DNA of 64,000 bases from NCBI GenBank assembly GCA_017460665.1, contig JAFUAO010000100.1, positions 575 to 64,574 of the forward strand, read 5' to 3'. The stretch comes from Ruminococcus sp. (GTDB lineage Bacteria; Bacillota; Clostridia; Oscillospirales; Ruminococcaceae). Below, in pieces: positions 8,500-17,556 of this stretch. The position numbers and the translations under genes are program-made. The notes below the pieces were generated by a model. It was given only the letters and a program-made list of their open reading frames with translations, was not told the DNA's origin and did no database searches. Numbering within the stretch: the stretch's first letter is position 1; every line of letters starts with the position of its first letter.

Positions 8500-8832
8500 T
8501 CAAAATAATAGACCAGCATCAGCAGTATTCTTTTTTCCGCCGCCTGAGAAATGCACTTCCTCCACAACGATCTCTGTGGAATTATTGCGAGCATTCCTGA
8601 GCGTACCAACCATAGTAATAGTCTCACCTTCAGAGAACAGATTGCTGATCATTTCGCCGTTTCGGTTATAGGCGATACAGATAAATGTGTCACTCTTGGC
8701 TGTATCGGTCATGTAATGTTTTGGTCGTTCAACTTCGATGTCAAATTTACAATATTGGTTTCCATTATCACTTGCGAGTACAGGTTCGGAAGTAAGCCTG
8801 CCTGTCATCATAATTGTATTCAGCATACCCAT
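8500..8832 (-). CDS. ssb: Single-stranded DNA-binding protein (short, mobile-element type)
   Basis: LNTIMMTGRLTSEP...FDIEVERP...DTFICIAY...IVVEEVHF OB-fold pattern; GAAAGGA RBS before ATG 8832. Confidence 0.75.
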   Translation of the reverse strand: MGMLNTIMMTGRLTSEPVLASDNGNQYCKFDIEVERPKHYMTDTAKSDTFICIAYNRNGEMISNLFSEGETITMVGTLRNARNNSTEIVVEEVHFSGGGKKNTADAGLLF

Positions 8833-8839
8833 ATTCCTT

Positions 8840-9049
8840 TCAGTCCTCATCGCTGCACTTATCAAGTCCGTGAAGTAGCTGAATGTATACGCACTCCGCA
8901 CGATCATGCTCCTCGCCCTCAGTAGACATCATAAGTTCAAGAAAAAATGCCTTTGCTTGTTCGTAGTTAGTCCAGACTTCACGTCTGCCGTTGCATATGG
9001 TAGTGACTTTGCGTGACTTCGGCATTGCCAATTCTGAGATTTTCAACAT
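8840..9049 (-). CDS. Small hypothetical protein
   Basis: 69-aa ORF from ATG 9049 with GGAGGT RBS, directly upstream of ssb. Confidence 0.6.
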   Translation of the reverse strand: MLKISELAMPKSRKVTTICNGRREVWTNYEQAKAFFLELMMSTEGEEHDRAECVYIQLLHGLDKCSDED

Positions 9050-9285
9050 AGCTGTGACCTCCATAAGTTTTATTGTAGATACATTATATACCACAGCAAG
9101 CTAAGAGTCCAGCTCTGCGGAGAATCTGTAACTATTCTTGTGAAATGCGCAGCAATACCGACACTTTCCCCGGTGCATAATAACGTGAGTGATAGTATCG
9201 CTTTCCTGTGGCATACTATCAACAGGTCATAATATCAGCAGTACGGCTTTATGAATAACTTTTCACTGAATTTCCATTCATAAAC

Positions 9286-9314
9286 TTGACAAGCACAAAG
9301 CACTGTGGTATAAT
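9286..9314 (+). promoter_or_regulatory. sigmaA promoter with extended -10
   Basis: TTGACA (9286) - 17 bp - TGgTATAAT (9309). Confidence 0.7.
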
Positions 9315-9369
9315 ATCATTATACTGAAAAATCATTCAGAGAAAATATTTTCAGAAAAGATGTGATGCT

Positions 9370-10743
9370 ATGTTTATCGGAAGAGAAAAAGAACTCAGGC
9401 AGTTAAATGCCGAGCTTTCCTCATGGAAACGCAAAACGGCGGTGCTGGTCTACGGCAAACGCAGAGTTGGAAAATCCACGCTTTTGAGTGAAGCTGCAAA
9501 ACGCTTTGAGGGTGTCGTCATCAACCATATGTGCGTGACAAGCACCTTTGAGGGAAATATGGAGCTGATCTACCGAAGCGTTTCGGAGGGACTTGGACTG
9601 CCGAATATCCGCTTCGGCTCTCTCTTCGAGATGATGGATTACCTGAAAACATTGGACAAAAAGATACTGCTCATCATCGACGAATACCCCTACCTCAAGC
9701 AGACCAAAAAGAAGAACGAAGTCGATTCCTATATGCAGGCGGTCATCGACAAGCTGCCCGAAAATGTCAAGCTGGTGCTTTGCGGTTCATACATCACAGT
9801 GATGAAGGAACTGCTGGAGGAGGGCAATCCGCTGTTCGGACGGTTCTCGCTGATACAGCATATCCGTGATTTCGACTACCTTGACGCGGCGAAATTCTAT
9901 CCGGAGCTTGACCTTCGGGACAAGGTCGCCTTCTATGCCGTATTCGGTGGAAGTCCCTATGTTCTTGAAAATCTTGACACAAGCCTGACTATTCGGGAAA
10001 ACATCGAGTGTCTGTTGCTGCCCGAAACGGGTCTGGTGCGTTCACACATCGAGAATGTCATGCTCAAAGAGATACAGAAGACATTCGATGCGAGGATACT
10101 GGAAATTCTCGGCAACGGCAAGAAGCGTTACAGCGAGATACGGGACAAAATAGCGAACAGCGAGACAGGTCTGCTCGATAAGCAGTTGAAAATTCTTCTC
10201 GATATGGAGACCATCCAAAAGACCGAGCCCATCAATCGCCGAAACGACAAGAAAAAACAGTTCTATGAGATCGTGGATAACCTGATGCGGTTCTATTTCA
10301 CGTTCATTTTCGGCAAGGCGGGAACGATCGCCCGTATCGGTGAGGAGCAGTTCTTCAATCGAAATATTGACGCTGTGCTGGAGCAATTCGTCAGCAGACG
10401 GCTTGAAGGCATCGCACTGCAATACTTCCACAGAGCCGCTATGCGGGGCTTATACCCCGATATTGACGATTTCGGCAGCTATTGGTACGATGATCCTGCC
10501 ACCAAGACCAACGGCGAGTTCGACTGCGTGATACGGCGTGGGGAGCAGTATGATTTCTATGAATGCAAATACTTCGACCGCCCCATGACTCTTGAAGAAT
10601 GCCGTCAGGAAAAAGAGCAGCTTGACAGCATCAAGGGCATCACCGTGTCAGGCGTGGGATTTGTCTGCACGGGTGGATTTGCGTTCGAGGGTGCTGAGGA
10701 ATTCACACTCATTGACGGAAAGACGCTTTACTTCAACGAATGA
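9370..10743 (+). CDS. ATP-binding protein (archaeal-type AAA ATPase + wHTH + DUF234 / PD-(D/E)xK tail)
   Basis: Walker A YGKRRVGKS, Walker B LIIDEYPY, C-terminal GEFDCV...FYECKY. Confidence 0.88.
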   Translation: MFIGREKELRQLNAELSSWKRKTAVLVYGKRRVGKSTLLSEAAKRFEGVVINHMCVTSTFEGNMELIYRSVSEGLGLPNIRFGSLFEMMDYLKTLDKKILLIIDEYPYLKQTKKKNEVDSYMQAVIDKLPENVKLVLCGSYITVMKELLEEGNPLFGRFSLIQHIRDFDYLDAAKFYPELDLRDKVAFYAVFGGSPYVLENLDTSLTIRENIECLLLPETGLVRSHIENVMLKEIQKTFDARILEILGNGKKRYSEIRDKIANSETGLLDKQLKILLDMETIQKTEPINRRNDKKKQFYEIVDNLMRFYFTFIFGKAGTIARIGEEQFFNRNIDAVLEQFVSRRLEGIALQYFHRAAMRGLYPDIDDFGSYWYDDPATKTNGEFDCVIRRGEQYDFYECKYFDRPMTLEECRQEKEQLDSIKGITVSGVGFVCTGGFAFEGAEEFTLIDGKTLYFNE

Positions 10744-10784
10744 AAAAGCCGCCGCTCAGGACGAACCTGAACGGCGGCTTATAT
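10744..10784 (+). terminator. Intrinsic terminator
   Basis: AAGCCGCCG...CGGCGGCTT stem directly after the stop codon. Confidence 0.7.
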
Positions 10785-10788
10785 TTTC

Positions 10789-10920
10789 TTGTCATCCGAT
10801 TTTTTCATCCGTCTTGTCATCCACTTAGAATTTAGGGTGACAAACGGGTGACAAATCGCATTTTTGAGCTATTTGGCAAATTTTGTTAAACTTCTGAAAT
10901 TACAGAAATGCCGTATTTTA
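10789..10920. repeat. Integrase arm-type repeats / putative att site at island right end
   Basis: TTGTCATCC at 10789 and 10814 (degenerate copy at 10803) and GGGTGACAAA at 10835 and 10846; GAAATGCCGTATTT abuts the stop codon of the GGGtGRT gene. Confidence 0.6.
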
Positions 10921-11919
10921 GCCATTCATAGCCTCTTCAACTGCAACTGCACAAGCAACAGTAGCACCGACCATGGGGTTGTTGCCCATGCCGATAAGTC
11001 CCATCATCTCAACGTGAGCGGGAACTGAAGAAGAACCTGCGAACTGAGCGTCAGAGTGCATACGTCCCATAGTATCTGTCATACCGTAGGAAGCAGGACC
11101 TGCTGCCATATTATCGGGGTGGAGAGTACGTCCTGTACCGCCGCCTGAAGCTACTGAGAAGTACTTCTTGCCGGCGTCTGTGCGCTCCTTCTTATATGTA
11201 CCTGCAACGGGGTGCTGGAAACGTGTGGGGTTAGTGGAGTTACCTGTGATAGAAACGTCAACGTTCTCCTTCCACATTATAGCAACGCCCTCTGTTACGT
11301 CGTTAGCGCCGTAGCAGTTCACCTTCGAGCGGAGGCCGTCGGAGTAAGCCTTGCGGAAGATCTCCTTTACCTCGCCGGTGTGGTAGTCCATCTCAGTCTC
11401 AACATAAGTGAAACCGTTTACACGGGCGATGATCTGAGCGGCGTCCTTGCCGAGGCCGTTGAGGATGACACGCAGGGGCTTCTGACGTACCTTGTTTGCC
11501 TTCTCAGCGATACCGATAGCGCCCTCAGCAGCAGCGAAGGACTCGTGGCCTGCCAGGAAAGCGAAGCACTCAGTGTCCTCCTCCAGCAGCATCTTGCCAA
11601 GATTACCGTGGCCAAGACCTACCTTACGCTGGTCAGCAACTGAACCGGGGATACAGAAGGACTGGAGTCCCTCACCGATAGCAGCAGCGGCGTCGGCTGC
11701 CTTTGTACAGCCCTTCTTTATAGCGATAGCGCAGCCTACTGTGTAAGCCCACTTAGCGTTCTCGAAGCAGATGGGCTGGATGCCCTCTACCAGCTTGTAG
11801 ATGTCCAGGCCCTTTTCCTTGCAGACGTCAGCGCACTCTTCGATAGACTTGATGCCGTACTGCTCAAGAACAGCAAGTATCTGCTTTTCTCTTCTCTCAT
11901 ATGATTCAAATAAAGCCAT
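10918..11919 (-). CDS. GGGtGRT protein
   Basis: MALFESYERR start, SGGGTGRTLHPDN motif. Confidence 0.93.
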   Translation of the reverse strand: MALFESYERREKQILAVLEQYGIKSIEECADVCKEKGLDIYKLVEGIQPICFENAKWAYTVGCAIAIKKGCTKAADAAAAIGEGLQSFCIPGSVADQRKVGLGHGNLGKMLLEEDTECFAFLAGHESFAAAEGAIGIAEKANKVRQKPLRVILNGLGKDAAQIIARVNGFTYVETEMDYHTGEVKEIFRKAYSDGLRSKVNCYGANDVTEGVAIMWKENVDVSITGNSTNPTRFQHPVAGTYKKERTDAGKKYFSVASGGGTGRTLHPDNMAAGPASYGMTDTMGRMHSDAQFAGSSSVPAHVEMMGLIGMGNNPMVGATVACAVAVEEAMNG

Positions 11920-11932
11920 TTTATGATCCTCC

Positions 11933-12625
11933 TTATTCCTTTCTGGGGTCAACGATCTTAACAGCGTCAGCAACTCTGCCGTACTGGCCCTGAGCCTTCT
12001 CAAAAGCAGTATTAGCGTCGTCGCCGGCCTTGATGAAGTCCATCATCTTGCCGAAGTTGACGAACTTATAGCCGATGATCTCATCGTCCTCGTTGAGAGC
12101 GAGGCCTGTGATATAGCCGTCGGTCATCTCAAGGTAACGGGGCCCCTTTGCAAGAGTTCCGTAAAGTGTGCCGACCTGTGAACGGAGGCCCTTTCCAAGG
12201 TCCTCAAGGCCAGCGCCTACTACAAGACCGCCCTCAGAGAAAGCGGACTGTGAACGGCCGTAAACGATCTGGAGGAACAGCTCTCTCATAGCTGTGTTGA
12301 TAGCGTCACAAACGAGGTCGGTATTCAGTGCCTCAAGGATAGTCCTTCCGGGGAGGATCTCAGCAGCCATAGCAGCGGAATGTGTCATTCCTGAGCAGCC
12401 GATAGTCTCGATAAGAGCCTCCTGGATTATGCCCTCCTTGACATTGAGGGTGAGCTTGCAGGTACCCTGCTGGGGAGCGCACCAGCCGATGCCGTGTGTA
12501 AAGCCGGAAATGTCCTTGATCTCCTTAGCCTTTACCCACTTAGCCTCTTCCGGGATCGGAGCAGCGCCGTGAGCAACGCCCTGAGCGATAGGGCACATTG
12601 TTTCAACTTCGTGAGAATAGATCAT
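11933..12625 (-). CDS. Iron-sulfur cluster scaffold-like protein (NifU/IscU-like) that usually accompanies GGGtGRT
   Basis: GWCAPQQGTCK, IGCSGMTHS, LVCDAIN Cys motifs; ATG 12625 with AGGAG RBS. Confidence 0.85.
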   Translation of the reverse strand: MIYSHEVETMCPIAQGVAHGAAPIPEEAKWVKAKEIKDISGFTHGIGWCAPQQGTCKLTLNVKEGIIQEALIETIGCSGMTHSAAMAAEILPGRTILEALNTDLVCDAINTAMRELFLQIVYGRSQSAFSEGGLVVGAGLEDLGKGLRSQVGTLYGTLAKGPRYLEMTDGYITGLALNEDDEIIGYKFVNFGKMMDFIKAGDDANTAFEKAQGQYGRVADAVKIVDPRKE

Positions 12626-12804
12626 ATGATTACTCCTTTCAGATATTAAGACGGCTGCGTTTGCCGTCTCAGCATACAAGTTCATTATACAACATTTTCC
12701 GTGTTTATTCAAGAAGTTTAGGAAAATATCCACGGTCCGGTCGTTAGCAGTCTCTAACTCCATTCGGTCAGAAAGGGGGCTCTTTCGATGCGGGATCCGG
12801 GATC

Positions 12805-13495
12805 AGGGCGGCTTTGCCGCCCTCTTTAATTCATAATTCATAATGCTTAATGCATAATTGTGGTGTCGCCTGCCGGCGGACGGATCTAGATCGTAGGGAC
12901 GGCCATTGACCGTCCGCATGATCTGTACCATTGTAGGGGACGGCGTCCTCGACGTCCCGGCTGATCGACCGGATCCCCTGGAACAAATTGTAGGGGCGAA
13001 CATCGTTCGCCCGTGGTCTCCATAACCGTAGGGACGGCCATTGGCCGTCCGTGCCGTTTTTGAAATGTCCGGCCTCCTTCGAACGTTTTCATGTGCGTAA
13101 GACCTCACCGCCCGGCTAAGGCCGGGCGGCACAGGAGGGCAAAGAGGAACACCTCCGGAGGGGAGGGCTTTAACAAAAAACTGGTACAAAAGCCGTCAGC
13201 CCTCCCCTCTCTTCGGTTTTCCTCTCCGCACTCTCTTTTCCCTCACACCCCACCCCGCCGGCTTTTGACTATCCTTCGCAGGACCCTTCGGGCCTGCTGG
13301 CATACAAATATGGGGCGGTGGTTTTAGGCACGTTCGCCCGGTGGTTTATCGCACATGGCCGGGAGGCCGAGAGCGGCCTCCCCTACATTTTTCTGGAATA
13401 CACGGGCGCACAGTGTGCGTCCCTACATTCAGATCTCGTCCGCCGTTAGGCGGACACCGCAAATTCCGAAGTCCTAATTCCTAATTCCGAATTAA
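12805..13495. repeat. REP cluster (GTAG family) with inverted terminal modules and heptamer tracts
   Basis: GTAGGG-hairpins at 12893, 12933, 12990, 13028; inverted ...CCCTAC copies at 13361-13386 and 13404-13426; end modules 12860-12887 and 13431-13460 are inverted copies; AATTCM heptamer runs on both flanks. Confidence 0.8.
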
Positions 13496-13589
13496 AAAGC
13501 CTTCTCTCCTATACCCTCCCCCAACTCTTGACAAAAGAAACGGCTGATGATATAATATTTGTATCTATATTTTGATCAAGGAGACAGTT

Positions 13590-14585
13590 ATGGAGAACAA
13601 TACATCAGCCTCTAAGCCTCTTGACCGCATAGCAGTCCTTATCCCCTGCTATAACGAGGCTAAAACTATCGAAAAAGTGGTCACTGATTTCCGCAGAGAG
13701 CTCCCGGAGGCAACTATATACGTCTATGATAACAACTCCTCCGACGGCACCGCCGAGATCGCTGCCAAGGCCGGAGCTGTGGTCCGCCACGAATACCAGC
13801 AGGGCAAGGGCAACGTCATCAGGAGGATGTTCCGTGAGATCGATGCTGAGTGCTACCTCATGGTGGACGGCGACGATACCTACCCTGCCGACCACGCAAG
13901 GCAAATGGTAGAGCCGGTCCTTGAGCGCAAGATCGACATGGTGGTGGGAGACCGCCTCTCCTCCACCTATTTCACCGAGAACAAGCGACCCTTCCACAAT
14001 TTCGGCAACACGATCGTCCGCTTCTTCATCAATCGGTTCTTCCATTCCGACATCAAGGACATCATGACCGGCTACCGTGCCTTCGGGTTCAACTTCGTCA
14101 AGAACTTCCCCGTCCTGTCAAAGGGCTTCGAGATCGAGACCGAGATGAGCATACACGCCATCGACAAGAATATGTCCACCGAGAACGTTGTCATCAACTA
14201 CCGTGACCGTATCGAGGGCAGCGAGTCTAAGCTGAACACCTACTCAGACGGTATGAAGGTGCTCTTCACTATCGCAAGGCTCTACAAGAACTACAAGCCC
14301 ATGCGCTTCTTCGGACTTATCGCCGCTGTCCTGATGATCATATCCGTGGCCTTCTTCATACCCGTTCTGGCCCAGTATATCAGCACCGGCGAGGTGGCAC
14401 GCTTCCCCACCCTCATCGCCTGCGGCTTTACCGCTATCGCCGCTGTACAGGCCTTCTTCTCGGGAATGATCCTGGGCTGTATCGTTCAGAAGAACAGACA
14501 GGATTTTGAGATCAACCTCCAGCGCACCGACGAGCGCTACAAGGAGCTCCTGCGCATCAACAGCAAGGAGGAAAAGGACGCATGA
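13590..14585 (+). CDS. Glycosyltransferase family 2 (GtrB/DPM1-like, bactoprenol glycosyltransferase)
   Basis: LIPCYNE, YDNNSSDGT, MVDGDDTY (DxD), two C-terminal TM helices. Confidence 0.9.
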   Translation: MENNTSASKPLDRIAVLIPCYNEAKTIEKVVTDFRRELPEATIYVYDNNSSDGTAEIAAKAGAVVRHEYQQGKGNVIRRMFREIDAECYLMVDGDDTYPADHARQMVEPVLERKIDMVVGDRLSSTYFTENKRPFHNFGNTIVRFFINRFFHSDIKDIMTGYRAFGFNFVKNFPVLSKGFEIETEMSIHAIDKNMSTENVVINYRDRIEGSESKLNTYSDGMKVLFTIARLYKNYKPMRFFGLIAAVLMIISVAFFIPVLAQYISTGEVARFPTLIACGFTAIAAVQAFFSGMILGCIVQKNRQDFEINLQRTDERYKELLRINSKEEKDA

Positions 14586-16423
14586 TCGGTAATCTGAAAG
14601 CCTTCCTCAAGGAGCTTAACAAGATGGACCTGCTGGCCTTCATCGCCGCTCTTCTTGCAGGAGCCGCTATGTCAAGGTATCTTGCTATGGGCACCACCAA
14701 CCAGTACGCTCTGATCTTCCTGATCCTGCTCTTCCCGGTATTCAGGAAGTCCCTCAGGATCAAGAACAAGCGTGCCCGTGTAGCAGGAGCTATAAGCGGC
14801 CTCTTCATGGCAGCAGCATGCTTCTTCAACAGGCTAGAGGGGATCTTCAACAACGAGAACGACCTCTCACGGAACTACGACACCTTCATCTATATAGCAG
14901 GCTTCATGTGCCTGTTCGTGCTCTTCAACACCTACGTCTATGACAAGCTCAGCGGCGTAGAGCTCACAGCAGACCGTGCAGAGCCCTCCCGGAAACGGAA
15001 GATCGCCTGCTTCTTCATATCCATGGGGATCATGCTGCTGTGCTGGCTGCCCTACTACCTGCTGCTCTACCCCGGCGACATCACCGCCGACTCTATCAGC
15101 GAGCTGAACCAGGCCTGGGGCAAGGAGGCTCTCTCCAACCACCACCCTATCGCACACACCGCCATGATCCGGCTGTTCACAGGCCTTGGCCAAGCACTTT
15201 TCCACGACGACACAAAGGCCGCCGCCACCTACAGCGTCTGCCAGATGTTCCTGCTGTCGGCTGCCTTCTCTTACCTCATCGTCACACTGTACAAGCTGAG
15301 AGTCAGAAAGCGCTTCTTCCTGCCGCTGATGATCCTCATAGCTGTGCTCCCCTACAACGGCGTTTACAGCGTCACCATGTGGAAGGATATACCCTTCGGT
15401 ATGCTGGTGCTGAGCTTCTCCGTCACCCTGTGGAGAGCTCTGCTCTGCTACAAGGCAGGCAGGAAGCTGCCCGTCTTCGAGGCTGTCATGCTCTTCTTCA
15501 CGGGAGTCGGCGTGTGCCTTTTCAGGAGCAACGGCCTTTATGCCTTCATGTTCCTCTTCGTGTTCATGCTCATTTTCTGCGTGAAGCTGAGGAAGCTCCT
15601 GCTGCTGGGCATCACTACTGCCTCGCTCATCATTGCACTGATCGTCAAGGGACCGGTCTACAAGGCCCTCGACGTTGCTCCCCCTGACACTATCGAGTCC
15701 CTCTCCCTGCCGGCCCAGCAGATCGCTGCCGTGATCAGGGACGAGAACACTATGTCTCCCGAGCAGTGGGCCCTGCTGGATCAGGTGGTGGACATCACCA
15801 GAGTCGCCGAGACCTACGCTCCCAATATCTCAGACCCGATCAAAAATCTGGTCCGTGAGACCGACAACCAGGAGTACATCGCCGAGCACAAGGGCGAGTT
15901 CCTGAAGCTGTGGATCGACCTGGGACTGAAATACCCCAAGAGCTACCTGCTGGCTCATATCCTTCTGACCAACGGCTACTGGAACCCCGATATACAGTAC
16001 TGGGTATACTCCGGAGAGTTCCGCTCTGACAATTTCGAGATGTACAAGAAAAACCTCCTCTCTGATGAACACGGCGAATGGCTGATGAAGTATCGTGAGA
16101 ACTACCATACCTTCCACTACATTGGACTGTTCTGGAGCATCGGCCTCATGGTATGGCTCATGGTATTCATGATGGGCGCTGCCTTCGTCAAGAGGCGCAG
16201 GTCCCTGCTGATGTGCTATCTCCCGGCAATGGGCGTGTGGCTGACCCTGCTCATCGCAACGCCTGTTTTTGCGGAGTTCCGCTACGCATACTCGATCTTC
16301 ATGACAGTTCCCCTGCTGTGCTTTATCCCCTTTGTCAGCGAGAAGCACCTGATCGCAGAGACTGCCGAGGAGAAGGCTCCCGTGGAGGAAAAGGCTCCGG
16401 TGGAGGCTGAAAAAACTAAATAA
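14582..16423 (+). CDS. Polytopic membrane protein, DUF6020-like (GT-C type)
   Basis: Many TM segments, YPGDITADS, LSNHHP, WKDIPF, FRSNG motifs; overlaps GT2 gene. Confidence 0.75.
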   Translation: MIGNLKAFLKELNKMDLLAFIAALLAGAAMSRYLAMGTTNQYALIFLILLFPVFRKSLRIKNKRARVAGAISGLFMAAACFFNRLEGIFNNENDLSRNYDTFIYIAGFMCLFVLFNTYVYDKLSGVELTADRAEPSRKRKIACFFISMGIMLLCWLPYYLLLYPGDITADSISELNQAWGKEALSNHHPIAHTAMIRLFTGLGQALFHDDTKAAATYSVCQMFLLSAAFSYLIVTLYKLRVRKRFFLPLMILIAVLPYNGVYSVTMWKDIPFGMLVLSFSVTLWRALLCYKAGRKLPVFEAVMLFFTGVGVCLFRSNGLYAFMFLFVFMLIFCVKLRKLLLLGITTASLIIALIVKGPVYKALDVAPPDTIESLSLPAQQIAAVIRDENTMSPEQWALLDQVVDITRVAETYAPNISDPIKNLVRETDNQEYIAEHKGEFLKLWIDLGLKYPKSYLLAHILLTNGYWNPDIQYWVYSGEFRSDNFEMYKKNLLSDEHGEWLMKYRENYHTFHYIGLFWSIGLMVWLMVFMMGAAFVKRRRSLLMCYLPAMGVWLTLLIATPVFAEFRYAYSIFMTVPLLCFIPFVSEKHLIAETAEEKAPVEEKAPVEAEKTK

Positions 16424-16427
16424 CACT

Positions 16428-16458
16428 AAGGCCTGTGGAGCTCTCCGCAGGCCTTTTT
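16428..16458 (+). terminator. Intrinsic terminator
   Basis: AAGGCCTGTGGAG / CTCCGCAGGCCTT stem followed by T-run. Confidence 0.7.
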
Positions 16459-16554
16459 TGTGGTATACCTGCGTTCTACTTGACATAAACGCCCCTCCTC
16501 TGCTATAATAAATGTATTCTTTTTACAAACTCTCTCCCCGAAAGTGAGGCAGCT

Positions 16555-17556
16555 ATGGCACCTATCATCGAAATACGAAACGTTACAAAAGAATTCAAGG
16601 TCCTTGAGCGCCGTGAGGGGCTCTGGGGCAGCGTCCGTGACCTCTTCTCCCGGAACTATAAGACCGTCCGAGCTGTAGACAGTGTCTCCATGACCATTGA
16701 ACAGGGCGAGATCGTCGGCTACCTTGGACCCAACGGCGCCGGGAAATCCACCACGATCAAGATGATGACCGGCGTCCTTGAGCCTACCTCCGGCCAGATA
16801 CTGGTGGGCGGCAATATCCCCTACAAGAACCGCACCAAGAACGCTCAGGAGATCGGCGTCGTCTTCGGACAGCGCTCTCAGCTATGGTGGGCCCTGCCTC
16901 TGGTGGAGTCCTTCAAGCTCCTGAGAGACATATACCAGATCCCCGAAAAGAACTATCAGGAGATGCTGGCCCTCTATCAGTCCCTTGTGGACATCGAGCC
17001 CCTCCTCCACAAGCCGGTCCGCCAGATGTCTCTGGGCCAGCGCACCCTCAGCGATATACTCGCAGCCTTCCTCCACGACCCGAAGATCGTTTTTCTGGAC
17101 GAGCCTACGATCGGTCTGGACGTTTCCATGAAGGCCAAGATCAGGACCCTGATCCACGCCCTCAACCGTGAGAAGAAGACCACCGTTATCCTGACGACCC
17201 ACGATATGGGCGATGTGGACGCACTCTGCCGCCGCATCGTGATCATTGACAAGGGAAAAATGCTCTACGACAACGACATCGATCATCTGAAGAGCTTCTT
17301 CGGCTCCTACCGGACCCTCAAGATCCGTGTAGAGGGCGGCCTGAAGGCTCAGGCTGAAAAGATCCAGGGGGAGCTGCCGGAGTTCCCGGTAACTGCCGAC
17401 GATGAGTGGATCTCGATCCTCGTTGACGAGGACAAGGCCAAGGTCATCGACGTGCTGGGGAAGCTCCAGTCCTCCTACGAGATCCGTGATATGAAGCTGG
17501 AGGAGATCTCATCAGAGGACGTTATCAAAAAGATCTACGAGGAGGGCGTACAGTGA
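16555..17556 (+). CDS. ABC transporter ATP-binding protein
   Basis: GPNGAGKST, signature MSLGQR, FLDEPT. Confidence 0.95.
   Translation: MAPIIEIRNVTKEFKVLERREGLWGSVRDLFSRNYKTVRAVDSVSMTIEQGEIVGYLGPNGAGKSTTIKMMTGVLEPTSGQILVGGNIPYKNRTKNAQEIGVVFGQRSQLWWALPLVESFKLLRDIYQIPEKNYQEMLALYQSLVDIEPLLHKPVRQMSLGQRTLSDILAAFLHDPKIVFLDEPTIGLDVSMKAKIRTLIHALNREKKTTVILTTHDMGDVDALCRRIVIIDKGKMLYDNDIDHLKSFFGSYRTLKIRVEGGLKAQAEKIQGELPEFPVTADDEWISILVDEDKAKVIDVLGKLQSSYEIRDMKLEEISSEDVIKKIYEEGVQ

Larger units (their letters stand above)
1..10917. mobile_element. Right part of a genomic island / integrative element carrying defence-type cargo (left end outside window)
   Basis: Positions 1-9300 are visibly AT-rich relative to the GC-rich core after 10918; content is hsdS, IS200, ssb, XRE/ImmA; GGRTGACAA arm-like repeats at 10789-10855 lie next to the 3' end of a core gene. 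Confidence 0.7.

Noticed and set aside
5062-9049. Prophage
   Set aside because: XRE, ImmA, DUF4417 and ssb occur in phages, but no structural, terminase or lysis genes are present.
12626-12800. Riboswitch or ncRNA upstream of the NifU-like gene
   Set aside because: Some short stems are present, but I recognise no known aptamer consensus; an Rfam search would be needed.
12893-13051. Possible CRISPR array (four GTAGGG-starting repeats)
   Set aside because: Repeats differ in sequence, spacing is irregular (40, 57, 38 bp), and no cas genes are present; these are REP hairpins.
12803-13327. ORFs 12803..13189, 12886..13092 and 13091..13327
   Set aside because: They translate REP palindromes (GRPYG, GRTMFAPT), with no RBS or domain.
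16360-16415. 18-bp tandem repeat at the end of the DUF6020 gene (EEKAPV x2)
   Set aside because: It is an in-frame low-complexity tail and unlikely to be functionally notable.
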